Positions 55,773 to 58,178 of a stretch of 58,178 nt of DNA are shown in pieces. Below the pieces are notes generated by a model. It searched no databases. It worked only from the letters and a program-made list of their open reading frames with translations, and had not been told where the DNA came from. Each line of letters opens with the position of its first letter. Position 1 is the stretch's first letter. The position numbers and the translations under genes are program-made. Location: positions 1-58,178 of the forward strand of contig JAKLDU010000004.1 of the NCBI GenBank assembly GCA_022703355.1. The letters run 5' to 3'. This stretch comes from Deltaproteobacteria bacterium. GTDB lineage: Bacteria > Desulfobacterota > Desulfomonilia > UBA1062.

Positions 55773-56924
55773 TCACCGGGAAGCGGCCCCCTGCCCGATG
55801 CCGTGCAGGGGGAATATCGTGTTCTTTATGTAGGCGACCTTGTCCCTGAGGTACAGATCGAGGTCGTGCCTGATCTTGTCCGCCAGATGGTACGCCGGGT
55901 CGCGAAGCTCCTGGAACCCCTGCCCCTGGGGCAGCATCATGCCGCTCACTATCCCCTCGTAGGGGTCGAAGGGTTTGAGGCCGTTGAGCACGGCCCACGC
56001 CAGGGTCCAGCCCCTCACCACGTCGGGGACGCTGTATCCGCCGCCTCCTAAGGCGAGGATCTTCGGGCAGCTCTTCCTGATCTCCTCGAGCACGTCGCAG
56101 TACCCGTTGTTCGTGAGCCTCAAGTTCGTCAGGGGGTCCTTTTTCAGGGTGTCGAGCCCTATCTGGGCCACCACGCAGTCGGGCTTGAAGGCCTGAGCCA
56201 GCGGGTTGTAGATTTCCCTGAACGTCCGGATATACGACTCGTCGTCCGTGTATTCGGGCAGGGGCAGGTTCACCGAGTACCCCAACCCCTTGCCCTCGCC
56301 CATCTCGTTCTCGAAGCCCCTCCAGGGGTAGAGGGTCTCGCCGCTCTGGTGGAACGAGATGAACAGCACGTCGTCGGTGTCGTTGAAGGCGTCCTGGACG
56401 CCGTTCCCGTGGTGGGCATCGATGTCCACGTAAAGGATCTTCCTGAAACCCGACCTCAGGAGGCGCTTGATGGCGATGACGATGTCGTTCACGTAGCAGA
56501 AGCCCTCGGCGTGGGCATATCCCGAGTGGTGGAGCCCCCCCACCGGGCTGAAGACCAGGTCGGCCTGGCCCGAGCGGATGAGCTCGGCCCCGAGCAGGGT
56601 GGCGCCGAGCACGAGGAGCGAGAAATCGTAGACGCCCTTGAAGACGGGATTGTCGCCGGTCCCGAGCCCGTACTCGAGCATGGTGAAGTCGAAGGAGCCG
56701 GAATTGGCGTCCTTGAGGATCTCCACGTACTCTCTGGCATGGTACTCGAGCATGTCCTCCTGGGTGGCGGGCTGCGGCTCGAGCACCTTTATCCACGGCT
56801 CCTCGAGCAGCCCGTACCGGTAGCAGAGCTCGTAGACCATGGTGGCCTTGTAGGGTTTGAAGGGGTGGTACTCCCCCAGGCTGAACGTGTCGAACTTATT
56901 GGAATAGATGAAGACGGAATTCAC
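55773..56924 (-). CDS. histone deacetylase/AcuC-family (class I HDAC-like) amidohydrolase
   Basis: GGLHHSGYAHAEGFCYVND...YVDIDAHHGNGVQDAF. GTG at 56924 (VNSVFIYS...) is preceded by GGGAG. The TTG at 56978 in the track seems too far upstream. Confidence 0.85.
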   Translation of the reverse strand: MNSVFIYSNKFDTFSLGEYHPFKPYKATMVYELCYRYGLLEEPWIKVLEPQPATQEDMLEYHAREYVEILKDANSGSFDFTMLEYGLGTGDNPVFKGVYDFSLLVLGATLLGAELIRSGQADLVFSPVGGLHHSGYAHAEGFCYVNDIVIAIKRLLRSGFRKILYVDIDAHHGNGVQDAFNDTDDVLFISFHQSGETLYPWRGFENEMGEGKGLGYSVNLPLPEYTDDESYIRTFREIYNPLAQAFKPDCVVAQIGLDTLKKDPLTNLRLTNNGYCDVLEEIRKSCPKILALGGGGYSVPDVVRGWTLAWAVLNGLKPFDPYEGIVSGMMLPQGQGFQELRDPAYHLADKIRHDLDLYLRDKVAYIKNTIFPLHGIGQGAASR

Positions 56925-57148
56925 ATGTATGCTCCCGAAGTCTCCTGGAACCCGACCTCTCCCGGTTTTATCCCGCAAGCGGCCCGCGGCTCACGGTTTC
57001 TCGCTTACCGGCTCGAGGCGGGCTGCCCGGGTAATTCCCAGCATTCCCTTCAATATCATAGAATCATCAAACTTCAAACACCCGCATTTCCGGTCGGAGC
57101 CTCCTCGCGGGAAGGGTCGGGCATCATGACTGGACGCACAGGGGATCG

Positions 57149-57436
57149 ATGTGGTACATGCGTTCGAACAAGCGAGATCGAAAGGACCTCCCCATGGACG
57201 ACGGTTTGGATTTCCTGCAACGGCTCATCGTCACGGGCACCGGCAAGGCCGAGACGATAAAGACCATCAGGGACATCGAGGGCCTCCTCGAACGCCTCAC
57301 CAGGGACCAGGACGCCCTCAGGAGCGACACGACCCCCAGGGGCAGGAAGATGAAGGGCGAGATCGACCACCTCGTCCGCCTCATCGTCTCGGGGGCAACG
57401 GTGCTGTATGCAAAGGAGCTCAAGGAGGCCCTGTAG
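57149..57436 (+). CDS. small helical protein of unknown function
   Basis: Coding-like 95-aa ORF, 48 nt upstream of ridA. ATG at 57194 (MDDGLDF..., SD AAAGGA) is an alternative start. No family recognised. Confidence 0.4.
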   Translation: MWYMRSNKRDRKDLPMDDGLDFLQRLIVTGTGKAETIKTIRDIEGLLERLTRDQDALRSDTTPRGRKMKGEIDHLVRLIVSGATVLYAKELKEAL

Positions 57437-57484
57437 GACGAAGGCCCCGGCCTCGCGTCAGCCGGGAAAAGGAGGGTACAGCCC

Positions 57485-57883
57485 ATGGCCGCCAACCGCA
57501 TCTCGGAGATCACCACCCCTGAGGCGCCCCGCGCCACGGGTCCCTATTCCCAGGCCGTGTCTGCCGGGGGCTTTCTCTTCATCTCGGGCCAGATCCCCCT
57601 GGACCCCGCCCTCATGACACCGGTGGAAGGCGGCATCGCCGAGCAGACCCTGCAGGTCATGAAAAACATCCAGGCGATCCTCAGCACCGCGGGGCTCGGG
57701 TTCGAGAACGTCGTCCGGATGGAGATCTTCCTGAAGGACATGGGCACCTTTGCCGTCGTGAACCAGGTCTACTCCTCGTTCTTCCCCCGGGAACCCAGGC
57801 CCGCCCGGTCGACGGTGGAGGTCTCCCGCCTCCCCCGGGACGTGCTCGTGGAAATAGCCTGCACGGCCCACTTCGGGAAGTGA
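57485..57883 (+). CDS. ridA: RidA/YjgF-family reactive-intermediate deaminase
   Basis: APRATGPYSQAVSAGGFLFISGQIPLDP...ARSTVEVSRLPRDVLVEI. Confidence 0.9.
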   Translation: MAANRISEITTPEAPRATGPYSQAVSAGGFLFISGQIPLDPALMTPVEGGIAEQTLQVMKNIQAILSTAGLGFENVVRMEIFLKDMGTFAVVNQVYSSFFPREPRPARSTVEVSRLPRDVLVEIACTAHFGK

Positions 57884-58025
57884 CCGGGGGATCTGGGGTC
57901 TGCCGGTTGTGCGGGGAAGGGCCGCGGGAAGACAGTCGGCCGCGGGCTCGGTGAAGGTCGTTCAGAAACCAGGAGCGGGGGGCGGGCTCTCGTCCGGCCC
58001 CGGGAGGACCCCTCCGGGCCGGGCG

Positions 58026-58178
58026 TCACAGGCTGTTCATGTAGTGATAAAACATCTCGGTGAGCTCGCCGGCGAGCTTTTCTCCGTCGAGGGGTGAATC
58101 GAGGAATTTCACGGCGTGGGCGATGTTTTCCACCGCGCTGTGCATGACCTTGGCCACCTCCCGCAGGTCTCCGGGGTC
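58026..58178 (-). CDS. C-terminal fragment of an unidentified protein (5' end beyond the right window edge)
   Basis: Hand translation of the minus frame from the window edge gives DPGDLREVAKVMHSAVENIAHAVKFLDSPLDGEKLAGELTEMFYHYMNSL, ending in TGA (58028-58026). It has helical, coding-like composition. It is not in the ORF track because it is open-ended. Confidence 0.4.
   Translation of the reverse strand, partial: DPGDLREVAKVMHSAVENIAHAVKFLDSPLDGEKLAGELTEMFYHYMNSL

Overview
High-GC (roughly 60-65% by eye) bacterial chromosomal segment, almost fully coding. I call about 55 protein genes and one tRNA. I saw no rRNA, CRISPR array, transposase, integrase or phage genes. All calls rest on reading the supplied translations and the raw sequence, and on motif memory, since no searches were run. 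Alternative start codons were placed by counting residues in the ORF track. Many long ORFs in the track are antisense or alternate-frame artefacts of the high GC content and were discarded.

Gene content points to an anaerobic, possibly sulfate-reducing or syntrophic Deltaproteobacteria-like organism. This rests on a tungsten-type aldehyde:ferredoxin oxidoreductase, TupABC with a TunR-like regulator, an Isf-like flavoprotein and the ispE-spoVG-tRNA-prs string. It is an inference only.

Main blocks:
- 0-5 kb: partial rhomboid protease and a giant membrane GGDEF sensor.
- 5-10.7 kb: AOR translationally coupled to an aldolase-like gene. A consensus promoter follows, driving a Cys-rich Fe-S protein, PadR and an Isf-SCP2 fusion.
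- 11-17 kb: envelope genes (SLT transglycosylase, HtrA, PD40 propeller) and asd.
- 17.5-21.5 kb: cysE-gumN/traB and an ECF sigma / anti-sigma / Spy-like module.
- 21.6-25 kb: small redox and unknown-function genes.
- 25.1-30.1 kb: a tungsten/molybdenum homeostasis island. It holds a small ORF, a single-subunit Mo-storage-protein homologue, tupCBA and a tunR-like gene.
- 30.5-39.6 kb: lipid, transport and chaperone genes, a second GGDEF protein and a second copy of the Cys-rich Fe-S protein.
- 39.6-44.1 kb: kinase, long RdgC-like protein, motB, motA and an OmpA lipoprotein.
- 44.3-47.3 kb: PiT/DUF47, pal and a Pro/Ala-repeat lipoprotein.
- 47.7-51.3 kb: yyaL and comM.
- 51.6-57 kb: prs, tRNA-Gln, spoVG, ispE, HtrA, DUF1844 and HDAC.
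- 57.1-58.2 kb: small ORF, ridA and a partial gene.

The best candidate for an undescribed system is the MoSto-like storage module facing the tungstate transporter. The AOR/aldolase/Fe-S/Isf-SCP2 cluster may be its metal client.
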